A stretch of DNA of 64,000 nt from Candidatus Latescibacterota bacterium (GTDB lineage: Bacteria; Latescibacterota; UBA2968; UBA8231), in assembly GCA_965242865.1 (NCBI GenBank), contig CBDETK010000013.1:2272001-2336000 (forward strand), written 5' to 3'. The notes beneath the pieces are model-generated. The model was given only the letters and a program-made list of their open reading frames with translations, made no database searches and was not told the DNA's origin. A program made the translations under genes and the position numbers. Each line of letters starts with the position of its first letter. Positions within the stretch are counted from its first letter, which is position 1. Shown here one piece after another: positions 29,272 through 39,355 of this stretch.

Positions 29272-30279
29272 TCACCGGGCCTGTAATTGAGGGTCGGAAA
29301 GGGTTTTCAAAAAGGCGACGAGCGCGTCTTGGTCGGCCCGGTTGAGGTCGAGGTTGGGCCGGACGAGCAACAGGGGGTCGGTCAGGACCGTGCGGTGAAA
29401 GCCGGCGTCGTAGTGCGCGACGACCTCGGCCAAGGTCTGAAAGCGACCGTCGTGCATGTACGGCGCGGTGTACTCTACGTTGCGCAGGGTGGGCGTCTTG
29501 AATTTGCCGCGGTCGAGGCGTTTCCCGCTGAGCGCGGCCAGCCCCTCATCGCGGGGGTCGAGCTCCAGCCCGGTGTTGTGGAACTCGTTGTCCGTGAAAA
29601 GCGGGGCGACGTGGCAGTGGAAGCAGTCGCCGGCCTCGGTGTGAAAGAGGATGAAGCCGCGTTCCTCGGTTGGCGTAAAGGCCGCTTGGCCAGCCAACCA
29701 GCGGTCGTATTTGCTGTCCGCCGAAATCAGGGTGCGCTCAAACTGGGCGATGGCTTGGACGACCCGCCGCCGGCTGATGAGCGCGTCGCCAAAGGCGCGG
29801 GCGAAGAGCGCGGGATACTCGGCATGCCGCTCCAGTTTGGCCACCACGCGGTCCCAGTCCTCGCCCATTTCTACGGCCTGCTGCACCGGTTCGAGTGCTT
29901 GCTCTTCGAGGCTGGCCGCGCGTCCGTCCCAGAAAAAGGACCGGCTCCAGAGCGCGTTAAAAAGCGGCATGGAGTGGCGGCTGGTGGGGCCGCCGACGCC
30001 TTGGCTAAAGGGCCGGGGATCGGAGAAGGCGTGTTCGGGCAGGTGGCACGAGGCGCAGGCTATGGTGCTATCGACCGATAGGATGGGATCGGCAAAGAGC
30101 CGCTCGCCCAAGGCAATGCCTTCAACGGTCAGGGGATTGTCCGGCGGGATGGTCGGCGCGGGAAATCCCGCCGGCACCGCGAGCTCGTAGGGGGTTGGCC
30201 TCGGCGGATGCGCAGGGGGTACGGCCGCGTCTTGGCCGCAGGCGACTAGCCCCAGCAGGAGCAAGGCTCCGAGCACCAT
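29272..30279 (-). CDS. Di-heme cytochrome c peroxidase/MauG family lipoprotein (MbnH-like)
   Basis: CASCH and CFHCH, FFWDGRA, FKTPTLRNV, PYMHDGRF; lipobox LVAC. Confidence 0.85.
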   Translation of the reverse strand: MVLGALLLLGLVACGQDAAVPPAHPPRPTPYELAVPAGFPAPTIPPDNPLTVEGIALGERLFADPILSVDSTIACASCHLPEHAFSDPRPFSQGVGGPTSRHSMPLFNALWSRSFFWDGRAASLEEQALEPVQQAVEMGEDWDRVVAKLERHAEYPALFARAFGDALISRRRVVQAIAQFERTLISADSKYDRWLAGQAAFTPTEERGFILFHTEAGDCFHCHVAPLFTDNEFHNTGLELDPRDEGLAALSGKRLDRGKFKTPTLRNVEYTAPYMHDGRFQTLAEVVAHYDAGFHRTVLTDPLLLVRPNLDLNRADQDALVAFLKTLSDPQLQAR

Positions 30280-30283
30280 GGCG

Positions 30284-31015
30284 TTAGGCCCCTCGGTCGC
30301 GGTCGAGTCGCCCGATGGCCCCTAGGGAAAAGACTGTGACGCCGTTTTCCCGCAAGGTCTGTTGCGCGTCGGCATTGCCCATAATCCCGGCGCGGCCATT
30401 AAAGTCGTACAGCGCGTCGTACCACTCGTTGAGGTCCATCACCACGGCGATGGCCCACTCGTCGCCGCTCACGGTGAGGGCGAGCGGCAGGGAGACGGCA
30501 AACGAAAAATCTGCGCGGCCGGCCGGGCCGGTGTGCGTGAGAAAGGCGCCGGTGCCGTCGACCGTGCGAAAAAGGCCCTCCAAGCGCATGTAGTGGTAGC
30601 CGCCGCCCATGGGCACCGGCCAAGCCATGTTGTTGAAGGAATCGACGCTGGGCAGCGCCCCGGTTTTGTTTCGCGCCTCGTCGAGGCCAAAGGTAAAGTG
30701 CAGGGCCGTATAGGTGCCCCCGGGCACTTGGGCCGCAAGGCTGCGGGTCGCACCCTCAAAGGCGTTGCGATAGTGGAAGGCGGCCAGTTCCACGCGCTGA
30801 CCGCCGGCCGTCTCTAAGGCGATATCCGAGACGATGTACTCCAGCCGGGTGACGCCGTATTCGTTGCCAGCGGCATTGGTGTAGAGGATTTCCTCTCGTT
30901 TGAGATCGGCCGCGGCCACGGTGTGGTCAAAGTGAACGGTCACCGCGCCTTGGTCGTCATCGGCCGTGCCGCAGGCGGCCAGCGCGCCACAGGCGACTAA
31001 GATGAGGTATTTCAC
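30284..31015 (-). CDS. MbnP family lipoprotein
   Basis: Lipobox LAAC; LEYIVSDI, GTYTALHFTFGLD, MAW..GYHYMRLEG; directly upstream of MbnH-like gene. Confidence 0.7.
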   Translation of the reverse strand: MKYLILVACGALAACGTADDDQGAVTVHFDHTVAAADLKREEILYTNAAGNEYGVTRLEYIVSDIALETAGGQRVELAAFHYRNAFEGATRSLAAQVPGGTYTALHFTFGLDEARNKTGALPSVDSFNNMAWPVPMGGGYHYMRLEGLFRTVDGTGAFLTHTGPAGRADFSFAVSLPLALTVSGDEWAIAVVMDLNEWYDALYDFNGRAGIMGNADAQQTLRENGVTVFSLGAIGRLDRDRGA

Positions 31016-31113
31016 GGGGCATTCCCTTTTTTTAGCCAGTCAGCGAGAACTATTACTCGGCTTGTTGGTCTTTTTTTAAGACGGTACATTATCAAAATCA
31101 AGTAGGATGTAGG

Positions 31114-32583
31114 ATGCGCCAAGTTGTCGAGTCCGTCCAAGGGGGCGAGCGTCCGCGGACGCGGATTGGCCACAAGCTGATCCTCAGTTTCGTGTTGCTA
31201 GTCATGGTCGTCGTCGGCCTGTCGGGTTGGGTGCTCTTCGAGTTGACGGACCGCAGCTTGGAGCGGCAGATGCGCGACCATCTCGTATCGGTTGCCACGC
31301 TGGTGAGCACCAATCTGTCCGGCAATGTGCTGCGCTACTTGCACCCAGGCCGCGAGCACTCCAATCTTTACCGAACCCTAGTAAGCAAATTGCAGCGCGC
31401 CGAACAAGGGGTCGGTGCTCGGCAGATTTTCGTTTTCGACCGCCAGTACCGCTCGCTGCTCGACACCGATGGGCTGATGCCCATTGGCCGCGAGTACCCC
31501 AAGCGAATTTTGCACCGCCGAGAGTTGGAAAAGGTTTGGCAGGGCCGTACCGCACATTCGGTATTTTTTTATGACGGCGATGTTCCATACATGACAGGGT
31601 ACGCCCCCATTTTTGACCGCGGCGAGGTCGTCGCAATCGTCGGAGTCGAGATCGGCGCTCGGTTTGTGGACTCCATCCGCGTCTTCGGACGGTCCGTGCT
31701 GATTTTTGCCGGACTGAGTGCGTTGCTCACGGTCGGGGTGGCCTGGGGGTTGGCGCGGACCCTGACGCGGCCCATCCAAAAGCTGGTCGAGGCGGCACGC
31801 GCCATCGGCCGCGGCAACTTGGCCCAAGAGGTGGTCACCGCGTCCGACGACGAAATCGGCTACTTGGGCGAGGCCATGGAGGAGATGCGGCGCAAGCTGA
31901 GTGCCCGCGACGCCCAGCTGCGCCTCATGCTGGGCGGCGTGGCCCATGAGATCCGCAATCCGCTGGGCAGTATTGAGCTGTACGCCGGCCTGATCGCCGG
32001 CGACTTGCCCGCCAGCGACGAGCGCAAGCAGCACATCGAGAAGGTCATTGAGGAAGTGCGCCGGCTCAACGGCGTAATTACCGAGTTTCTCGAATTTGCT
32101 CGGCCCGCACCGGCCAAGCCGCAGCCCACGGCGCTGGCCCCACTCGTGGCGGACGTGGCCTTTTTGCTCGCCCCGGAAATGCAGGCGGCCGGCATCCGCT
32201 ACGAGGCACACATCGCGCCCGACTTGGCGTGCTACATCGACGCCGAGCAGCTGGAGCGGGCACTGCTCAACCTGATGAAGAACGCCGTTCAAGCCATGCG
32301 CGACGGCGGGCACTTGACCGTGCGGGCCACGGCCACGGGCGGGGACGTCGTCGTCGAGGTGGCCGACGATGGCCCAGGGATGTCCGAGGAGGTGCAGGCG
32401 CGCCTTTTTGAGCCGTTCTTTACGACCAAGGAGAAAGGGTCCGGCCTAGGGATGGCGTTGGTGGCGCGGGCGGTCGAGGAAAACCGCGGCCGGATCGAAC
32501 TAGACAGTCGGCCAGGCCAAGGCACGGTGTGCCGCCTGCGCCTGCCGCAGTCCAAGGATGGAGGGCCATGGGCCGGATTCTGA
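31114..32583 (+). CDS. HAMP-domain sensor histidine kinase
   Basis: Two TM helices, HAMP DEIGYL, H-box AHEIRNPL, NLMKNA, DDGPG, PFFTTK, GSGLG. Confidence 0.9.
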   Translation: MRQVVESVQGGERPRTRIGHKLILSFVLLVMVVVGLSGWVLFELTDRSLERQMRDHLVSVATLVSTNLSGNVLRYLHPGREHSNLYRTLVSKLQRAEQGVGARQIFVFDRQYRSLLDTDGLMPIGREYPKRILHRRELEKVWQGRTAHSVFFYDGDVPYMTGYAPIFDRGEVVAIVGVEIGARFVDSIRVFGRSVLIFAGLSALLTVGVAWGLARTLTRPIQKLVEAARAIGRGNLAQEVVTASDDEIGYLGEAMEEMRRKLSARDAQLRLMLGGVAHEIRNPLGSIELYAGLIAGDLPASDERKQHIEKVIEEVRRLNGVITEFLEFARPAPAKPQPTALAPLVADVAFLLAPEMQAAGIRYEAHIAPDLACYIDAEQLERALLNLMKNAVQAMRDGGHLTVRATATGGDVVVEVADDGPGMSEEVQARLFEPFFTTKEKGSGLGMALVARAVEENRGRIELDSRPGQGTVCRLRLPQSKDGGPWAGF

Positions 32584-34022
32584 TTATCGACGACAACCAA
32601 AGCCTCGGCGACGGGCTGGTGCTGAGCTTGAACAAGATGGGGCATCGCGCCGTGGCCGTGGGCAGCGGGCGCGAAGGATTGGCCCGGATGAAGGACCAGC
32701 CCTTTGACTTGGTCCTCACCGATTACCGCATGGAGGAGATGGACGGCTTGGCGGTGATAGAGGCGGTGCAGCGCCAAGCCCCCGACACCGACGTGATGAT
32801 GATGACGGCCTACGACACCCGGAAGTTGGCGGTAGAGGCCATGGAGCGGGGGGCAATCGACTTCATCGTCAAACCCTTCCTCCCAGACGAACTGTGGATG
32901 AAGGTCAACAAGCGGCTCGACTATCGAGCCAAGCTGCGGGAAGCCCAAGCCAAGCTGCGGGAAGCCCAAACCCTCCGCCGCGAAGCCGAGGCCAAACTGC
33001 GCGACTGGGAACACTTATTCGAGCAAAACCGCTATTTGCGCGAAGAGATTGACAGCCGCTACAACTTCGGCGAAATCGTCGGCCAATCCCCGCGGATCAA
33101 GGCCGTGCGCGAGCGCGTACGCAAGGTGGCGTCGTCGTCGTCGTCGGTGCTCATCTACGGAGAAAGCGGCACCGGCAAGGAGCTCGTGGCCCGCGCTGTC
33201 CACTACCAGAGCAGCCGCAGCAAAGGTCCGTTCGTCAAGGTCAACTGCGGCGCGCTGCCGGCCGGATTGGTCGAAAGCGAGTTGTTTGGCCACGAGCGCG
33301 GGGCCTTTACCAGCGCCGTGCGTCGCAAAAAGGGCAAGTTTGAACTGGCCGAGGGGGGGACGATTTTTTTGGACGAGATCGGCGATGTCCCGCTGGAGAC
33401 CCAAGTTCGGTTGTTGCGGGTGTTGCAGGAAAAGCAGTTCGACCGCGTGGGGGGCGAGCAGCCGCTCGACGTGGATGCGCGGGTGGTGGTGGCCACCAAC
33501 CGGCCGCTCAAGCGCATGGTCGAACAGGGAACCTTCCGCGAGGACCTCTTCTATCGGCTGGAGGTCATCCCCCTCACCTTGCCGCCGCTGCGGGACCGGC
33601 GCGAGGACATCGAGCTATTGGTGCAGCACTTTACCGAAAAAAAATGCGGGGAAATGAACATTCCGCCGAAGCGTCTAACCGAAGAAGCCCTGACCAGCCT
33701 AAAAAGCTACCCGTGGCCGGGCAATGTGCGCGAACTGGAAAACATCATCGAGCGCACCATGGTGTTGGTCGACGGGGAGGAAATCGGCTACCACGATTTA
33801 CCGCTGGCTTTTGACGAGGCGGCCGAGGAGGGGGTGGCGGCGGAAGCGGCGGACGACGGGAGCTTGCTACTCAACGAGCACCTCGACGAGCTGGAGCGGG
33901 ACCTAATCGCTCGGGCCCTCGAAGAAGCGCAGCACGTCAAGACCAAGGCGGCTTCGCTCTTGGGCATCAAGACGAGTGCCCTGTACTACAAACTCGACAA
34001 ATACGGCCTAGATTCGCGATGA
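32568..34022 (+). CDS. Sigma-54-dependent response regulator (NtrC family)
   Basis: REC domain, GESGTGKE, ESELFGHERGAFT, FLDEI, WPGNVREL, Fis-type HTH. Confidence 0.92.
   Translation: MGRILIIDDNQSLGDGLVLSLNKMGHRAVAVGSGREGLARMKDQPFDLVLTDYRMEEMDGLAVIEAVQRQAPDTDVMMMTAYDTRKLAVEAMERGAIDFIVKPFLPDELWMKVNKRLDYRAKLREAQAKLREAQTLRREAEAKLRDWEHLFEQNRYLREEIDSRYNFGEIVGQSPRIKAVRERVRKVASSSSSVLIYGESGTGKELVARAVHYQSSRSKGPFVKVNCGALPAGLVESELFGHERGAFTSAVRRKKGKFELAEGGTIFLDEIGDVPLETQVRLLRVLQEKQFDRVGGEQPLDVDARVVVATNRPLKRMVEQGTFREDLFYRLEVIPLTLPPLRDRREDIELLVQHFTEKKCGEMNIPPKRLTEEALTSLKSYPWPGNVRELENIIERTMVLVDGEEIGYHDLPLAFDEAAEEGVAAEAADDGSLLLNEHLDELERDLIARALEEAQHVKTKAASLLGIKTSALYYKLDKYGLDSR
32928..32969 (+). repeat. Perfect 21-bp tandem duplication in regulator linker (AKLREAQ x2)
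   Basis: gccaagctgcgggaagcccaa at 32928-32948 and 32949-32969. Confidence 0.9.
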
Positions 34023-34906
34023 GAAGCTCATTCATTCTTTGGTTTGTTTTGGGATCGGCCCTGCCCGGCGTCGTGCGCGGGGATTCGGTCCAGTTGGGCC
34101 TGCTAAAGGCCCAGTACCGCGCCTTGGAAAGCCAACTCGACTCCCTCGCCGGCCAGCGCTTGGGGGTTGCGGCCGAAGCCGAGGTGCTGTCCGCCCGCAT
34201 CGACAGCCTGAAGCGGAGCGCCGCGGATTCGGCCGAGCTGGGCAACGCCCTGCGCTCCTCGCTCAAATTGGTGCAGCGCACGGTCGAAATCGACTGGAAG
34301 TTGGTGGCGTTGGAGGCGCGGCAGGACAGTTTAGCCGAGCGCTTGTGCCTCGCCTACGACTGGGAAATCAGCGTCCTCATCCAGAAGTTGGCCCAGCAAC
34401 CCGACCGGGGCCTGTCGGCCCAACTCATGCTCTATCAGGAGGCGCGGGAGCGGCTCGGGGTCGGGCTGTACAGCGCGAACCTGCACTACAGCGAGCAGAT
34501 GAAGATCGAGGCGGACGACGGGCCGGACGAAATTCAGCAAAAGCAAGAGCTATTGGAAGACATCGCCGACCGCCTCGAAGCCGAATGGAGCGCCAACGCG
34601 GACCTGATGGGCCGCTTGGAAGTCGAGCACCGGCTGTGCGCCGAGGCGGAACAGGCCCAGGCCAAAGCGCGGCGGCCCGAGGAGCGGGTTTTGGTGAGCG
34701 GGGCGCCGCGGGCGCCAGTGCGATTTTTCAGGCGCGACGGGTCCTTGGCCGAATTTGATCTCGGCTCGTCGGTTGCCGAAGTCGCCTTGAAAATTCACAA
34801 GTTGAAGGCCCGCCAGCAGGAACTCCTCGAGCTGCGGGCCGTGGTTGCAGGCCGCTCCGAGGAGTTCGAGTGCTACTTGCGCTGCATGTTAGAAGGCGCG
34901 GAATAG
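34019..34906 (+). CDS. Exported coiled-coil hypothetical protein
   Basis: Signal-peptide-like N-terminus, heptad-rich; 4-nt overlap with regulator. Confidence 0.6.
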   Translation: MRSSFILWFVLGSALPGVVRGDSVQLGLLKAQYRALESQLDSLAGQRLGVAAEAEVLSARIDSLKRSAADSAELGNALRSSLKLVQRTVEIDWKLVALEARQDSLAERLCLAYDWEISVLIQKLAQQPDRGLSAQLMLYQEARERLGVGLYSANLHYSEQMKIEADDGPDEIQQKQELLEDIADRLEAEWSANADLMGRLEVEHRLCAEAEQAQAKARRPEERVLVSGAPRAPVRFFRRDGSLAEFDLGSSVAEVALKIHKLKARQQELLELRAVVAGRSEEFECYLRCMLEGAE

Positions 34907-35265
34907 CGATCGCCAACCGCGTCCAACCCCCGGCTGACCTCCACTACATTGTCCCGCATTGCACCGAAGGCGTCCTTGAGCCGTTGGTAGGCGGCCCAGG
35001 GGTCGGTCTGGTGGCCGCAGGTAAAAAGGTCGAGGGCGGCATACCCGCGCTCGGGCCAGGTGTGGACGGCCAAGTGGCTCTCTTGGACGATGAGGACGCC
35101 GGTGACGCCCCCGGGACTAAAGCGATGGAACGCAGTGCCCAAGACGCGGGCGCCGGCCGCCGTGGCCGCGGCCTGTAACTCGGCCGCGATGTAATCGGGG
35201 TCGTCGAGCCGCTCGCGGTCGCAATCGTACAGATCGACGAGCAGATGGCGGCCTAGGGCCTGCAT
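34873..35265 (-). CDS. speD: S-adenosylmethionine decarboxylase proenzyme
   Basis: LGRHLLVDLY, FSPGGVTG, ESH cleavage motif, HTWPE, DLFTCG. Confidence 0.9.
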   Translation of the reverse strand: MQALGRHLLVDLYDCDRERLDDPDYIAAELQAAATAAGARVLGTAFHRFSPGGVTGVLIVQESHLAVHTWPERGYAALDLFTCGHQTDPWAAYQRLKDAFGAMRDNVVEVSRGLDAVGDRYSAPSNMQRK

Positions 35266-35295
35266 TGGGGGCCAACGGCACCGAGGACGAGGCCC

Positions 35296-35484
35296 TCAGA
35301 CATACTCGACGATGTCGGTGGGCAGGCACTTGAGATCGCGGCATATATTGGACAGGGTGTACGGGTCCATGCCCTCTGTGCCTTGGTCGATGGCCTTTTT
35401 GATGTGCTGATAGGTGGTCAGGTTGATTTCGGGTTTGCGGTCTTCGAGCATCTGCTCAATCACTTCTCTCTTAAAGCGGATCAT
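35296..35484 (-). CDS. Small Cro/C1-like protein
   Basis: 62 aa; TLSNICRDLKCLPTDIVEYV resembles the C-terminal half of HTH_26; GAGGAAG RBS. Confidence 0.6.
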   Translation of the reverse strand: MIRFKREVIEQMLEDRKPEINLTTYQHIKKAIDQGTEGMDPYTLSNICRDLKCLPTDIVEYV

Positions 35485-35574
35485 GCGGCTTCCTCTTCCT
35501 CTCGTGCGGGTGAGTTGTGGGCTGTGGGCTAATAAGTAAGGAACGCGGCGGCTAGCGTCAAAAGGCTAGCCGGG

Positions 35575-36816
35575 CTATTCGTAGCGCAGGGCGTCAATGG
35601 GGTTGAGCAGGGCGGCTTGGCGGGCCGGGTAGATGCCAAAACCAATGCCGACCGCGGCCGAGACCCCAAAGGCGAGGGCAATGGTCCAAGGCTGGACAAT
35701 GGTGCGCCAGCCCGCGTACAGGGTGATCAATTCCGGGATGGCGTACCCCAGCACCACGCCAATCAGGCCGCCGATTAGACTGACCAACAGGGACTCGACC
35801 AAAAATTGCGCGAGGATGTCGCGCCGCCGGGCGCCCAAGGCGCGGCGGATGCCGATTTCGCGCGTGCGCTCCAGCACCGAGGCCAGCATGATATTCATGA
35901 TGCCGATGCCGCCGACCAATAGGGAGATGCCGGCGATGCAGCCCATGACGATGTTGAAAATCTGCTGGGTTTTCTGGCTCTGGCGCAACAGCTCTTCGGG
36001 AATGGCGATCTTGAAGTCCTCAACGCCGCGATGCCGCCGGTTGAGGATGGTGCGCACGATGGCCGCGGCCTCTGGCAATTGGTCCGAGTTGGGGATTTTG
36101 ACGGTGATTTGGGTCAGCTCGGGCTCGCCCGGCGCGCGGTGGAAGCGGTTGAGCAGCACCGTCAGCGGGACGTAGAGGTCCTCGTCCGTGTTGCGCACTT
36201 CGAGTACGCCGCCGATTTTGCCGCCGGCCGCGCCCTTGTCTTCGAGTACGCCGATGACCGTAAACCACTGGTTGCGGATTTTGACCCGGCCGCCGAGGGG
36301 ATCGTCCAAAAAGAACAGGGCGCGCTTGGCGTCCGCGCCCAACACGCATACGCGCTTGGCGTCGCGCATGTCCGCGGCCGAGAAGAACGCGCCGCTTTTC
36401 ATGCGGGCGTCGATCACGGTCTGATAGTCGGGCGTGGTGCCCACCGCCATGGTGTGAAAGGTGTTGCCTTGGGCTTGGGCCTTGACCTTGACCTCGCGCT
36501 GCGGGGTCGCGTAATCGGCCAACAGGCATATCGCGGCGATCGAGCGGGCGTCGTCCCAGGTCAGGCCGGCCGAGCGGTTGTGGTCCGCGTCCGGGGCGTT
36601 GCCGGCTTGGTCTTTTGCCCAGTGCTGGACGATGATGTTGCTAATGCCCATCTGGCGAATTTGTTCGAGGGATTCTTGCTTGGCCCCCTCGCCGATGGAC
36701 AGCATGGCGATGACCGCGGCCACGCCAAAGACGATGCCGAGCATGGTCAGCATGGTCCGCAGCTTGTGCGAGAGCAGCCCGACCCAGCTCAAGGCGGCTG
36801 TTTCGCGCAGGTCCAT
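35575..36816 (-). CDS. ABC transporter permease (MacB/FtsX family)
   Basis: LTMLGIVFGVAAVI, GGIGIMNIML, ERTREIGIRRALGA, PARQAA. Confidence 0.92.
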   Translation of the reverse strand: MDLRETAALSWVGLLSHKLRTMLTMLGIVFGVAAVIAMLSIGEGAKQESLEQIRQMGISNIIVQHWAKDQAGNAPDADHNRSAGLTWDDARSIAAICLLADYATPQREVKVKAQAQGNTFHTMAVGTTPDYQTVIDARMKSGAFFSAADMRDAKRVCVLGADAKRALFFLDDPLGGRVKIRNQWFTVIGVLEDKGAAGGKIGGVLEVRNTDEDLYVPLTVLLNRFHRAPGEPELTQITVKIPNSDQLPEAAAIVRTILNRRHRGVEDFKIAIPEELLRQSQKTQQIFNIVMGCIAGISLLVGGIGIMNIMLASVLERTREIGIRRALGARRRDILAQFLVESLLVSLIGGLIGVVLGYAIPELITLYAGWRTIVQPWTIALAFGVSAAVGIGFGIYPARQAALLNPIDALRYE

Positions 36817-36819
36817 GGA

Positions 36820-38163
36820 TTACCGCACGGCGGGCGCGTTCGCCTCCGGGGCCGCGTCCATGCCGCCGATGGGATCCACCGCTTGGGTGGGGTCGCGCAG
36901 GGCGACGCGATCGTCCGGGGTCAGCCCGTGCTGGACGATGACGAAGTCCTCGTTTTTCTGGCCCAACGTCACGGCCCGCTCCTCGGGCTGGCCCCGGACG
37001 AGGCAATAGACGAGGGCGCGGCCGTCCTTTTCAAAAACCGCGTCTAAGGGGATGTACAGGGGGAGGGGGGCAGCCGCGGCCACCTCGCCGGCTTCGGTTT
37101 GCACGGAGTCGGGCGCGGCCACGGGCCGGGGCGGGATGGTCTCGACGATGACTTCGGCGGTCGCGGTCATCCCGGGCTTGAGCCGGGCGTCTTGTTCCTC
37201 TATGGAGAGCACCACGTCAAAGACCTTGACGTTTTTTTCGCCCTCCTTTTCGCGGCCAAGCGAGGCAATGCTCTTGATGCGGCCGTGGAAGGTGGGGCCG
37301 GGCAGGGCGTCGAGCTGGATGAGCGCCACTTGGCCGGTGTCGAGCTTATCGACCTCGACCTCATTGACATAGGTCTTGACCTGCATCTGGGAGAGGTCCG
37401 GCAGGGAGAGGACGTTGACTCCGCCCCAGATTTCGTCGCCGACGCGCACCTTTTCTGGCCGCTCGCCCTTCCACACCTTGCCGTACACCACCAAGCCGGG
37501 CTTTTCGGCCTGAATGGTCGTGCTCGCCAACTCTTGGCGGGCCTTGTCTAGCTCGCGCTCGTTGCGCTCGATTTCGAGCTGACGCTTCCTGACCTCGGCG
37601 TTGTTGACCACCTGTTGCGACGCTAGTTTCTCAACGGCTTGCTGGTAGCCCAGCTCGGCTTTGTGGGCCTCGATTTGGGCCTCTTCCTTTTGGATGGTGG
37701 CTTCAAAGGCCATGCGCTCGACCGTGAGCTCGGCCAGCCGCAAGTTGGCCTCTTGGTTTTTGATATCGGCTTCGAGCTTGGCGATTTCGACCTTTTGGGT
37801 GGCCCGCGTTTTCTCCAAGTCGGCCCGGGCGACCTCGACTTGCTGCTCGGCGTCCATGACCCGCTTCTGAAAATCGGTCTGCTCAAACTGGACGAGCAAA
37901 TCCCCCACGGCCACTTGCTCGCCTTCGGGAAAGAGCTCGACGATCTTGAGCTGACCGCGGACCCGGGGCGCGACGATGTTTTCGGCCTTTACGGCTTCGA
38001 GCTCGCCGCCTTTGAGCGCCAAGGAGATGACGAATTCGCCCTGCTGGACGGGGTAGGAGGGGACGGAGGACGCGGCGTCGGGCTTGTGCCGCAAGGCGAC
38101 AACCGCCCCGACCCCAACCGCGACCGCGCCCAGCCCGGCGATCCACCACTGGCGGCGGGTCAA
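36820..38163 (-). CDS. Efflux periplasmic adaptor (MacA/HlyD-like)
   Basis: N-terminal TM, barrel-sandwich, coiled-coil hairpin, LPDLSQM, LKPGMTA. Confidence 0.85.
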   Translation of the reverse strand: MTRRQWWIAGLGAVAVGVGAVVALRHKPDAASSVPSYPVQQGEFVISLALKGGELEAVKAENIVAPRVRGQLKIVELFPEGEQVAVGDLLVQFEQTDFQKRVMDAEQQVEVARADLEKTRATQKVEIAKLEADIKNQEANLRLAELTVERMAFEATIQKEEAQIEAHKAELGYQQAVEKLASQQVVNNAEVRKRQLEIERNERELDKARQELASTTIQAEKPGLVVYGKVWKGERPEKVRVGDEIWGGVNVLSLPDLSQMQVKTYVNEVEVDKLDTGQVALIQLDALPGPTFHGRIKSIASLGREKEGEKNVKVFDVVLSIEEQDARLKPGMTATAEVIVETIPPRPVAAPDSVQTEAGEVAAAAPLPLYIPLDAVFEKDGRALVYCLVRGQPEERAVTLGQKNEDFVIVQHGLTPDDRVALRDPTQAVDPIGGMDAAPEANAPAVR

Positions 38164-38170
38164 GACAGCC

Positions 38171-39355
38171 TCATCGGGGGGCCGTGGGGTCTTTGAGGGC
38201 GACGATGTCGCCTTCGGCTAGGCCGGAAGCCACCACGGCGGCCGTGGCGTTTTGCGCGGCCAATTCGACCGCTACTTCGGCGAACTCGTCGCCTTGGAGC
38301 CGATAGGCAACCCAGCGGTCGGCGCGGACAAAGACGGCGTTTAGCGGCACGGAGAGGACGTCCGGGAGGGACTGGAGGACGATCTCGACTTCGGCGGACA
38401 TACCGGGCTTGAGCCGGGCGTCCTGTTCGTCGATGTCGATGATCAGCTCAAAGACGTGGATGTCGGGCGCGCCGGGCTGGGGGGAGGCCATGGGCGCGAT
38501 GTCGGCTACGACGCCGTTGAAGACCGGCCCGGGGAAGGCTTCGAGGCGGATGAAGGCGCGCTGGCCGACGCGCATGCGCTCAATGTCCATTTCGCCGATC
38601 AGGCACAGCACCTGCATCTTGCTCATGTCTGGGATTTCGAGCAGGGCGCGGCCTCCCCAAACTTGGTCGCCGATCGCGACTTTGCCCTCCTCGTCGGTGC
38701 CCGGTTTCCAGATTTTGCGATAGACCACGATCCCCGGTTTGGCCGCATAGACGCTGGTGCGCTCGTAATCGCGCCGGGCCTTTTCGTAGCGCTCCTGCCG
38801 GCGGGAGATACTCAGCTCGTGCTTGCGAAAATCCACGCGGTTGACCACTTCTTGGGCGACGGATTCTTGGTGCGCTTCCGCCATGGCGCGCCGGGCCTTG
38901 GCCAAATTGATGCGCCCCTGCTCTTGGTCGATGATCGAGGCAAACTGCTGGCGCTCTTGGTTGATCGCGGCGAGCTGGAGATCGGCCCGCCGCTGCTGGA
39001 TCGTGCGCTTGATGTCGGCGAGGCGTTGCCCGTGCCAAGCCTTGGCCTTGGCAAAGTCGGATTGGGCCTGTTCGAGCCGGCCCTCGCGGTCGAGCATCTC
39101 CCGTTCAAAATCGGCCGGGTCGAACTGGAGGATCAAATCGCCGACATCCACTTGCTCGCCTTCGGGCCAGAGGTGGATGATCTTGAGCCGGCCGCCGATC
39201 CGCGGCGACATCACCACTTCGCCGCTGGCCGTGGCCACCTCGCCCGCTTCAAAATGCGTCACCGCAAAATCGCCGCGCACGACCTCGGCCGTGGGCAAGT
39301 CCGGCGACGCCCCCTGACAGGCGCCCAGCACTAGGGCGCAAAAGACCGCTTTCAC
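38171..39355 (-). CDS. Efflux periplasmic adaptor (MacA/HlyD-like), lipoprotein
   Basis: Lipobox LGAC; [21 protein letters not shown]. Confidence 0.85.
   Translation of the reverse strand: MKAVFCALVLGACQGASPDLPTAEVVRGDFAVTHFEAGEVATASGEVVMSPRIGGRLKIIHLWPEGEQVDVGDLILQFDPADFEREMLDREGRLEQAQSDFAKAKAWHGQRLADIKRTIQQRRADLQLAAINQERQQFASIIDQEQGRINLAKARRAMAEAHQESVAQEVVNRVDFRKHELSISRRQERYEKARRDYERTSVYAAKPGIVVYRKIWKPGTDEEGKVAIGDQVWGGRALLEIPDMSKMQVLCLIGEMDIERMRVGQRAFIRLEAFPGPVFNGVVADIAPMASPQPGAPDIHVFELIIDIDEQDARLKPGMSAEVEIVLQSLPDVLSVPLNAVFVRADRWVAYRLQGDEFAEVAVELAAQNATAAVVASGLAEGDIVALKDPTAPR

Noticed and set aside
33132-33146. (TCG)5 microsatellite as a phase-variation tract
   Set aside because: In-frame Ser run at a normally Ser/Thr-rich position; a triplet change would not shift the frame.
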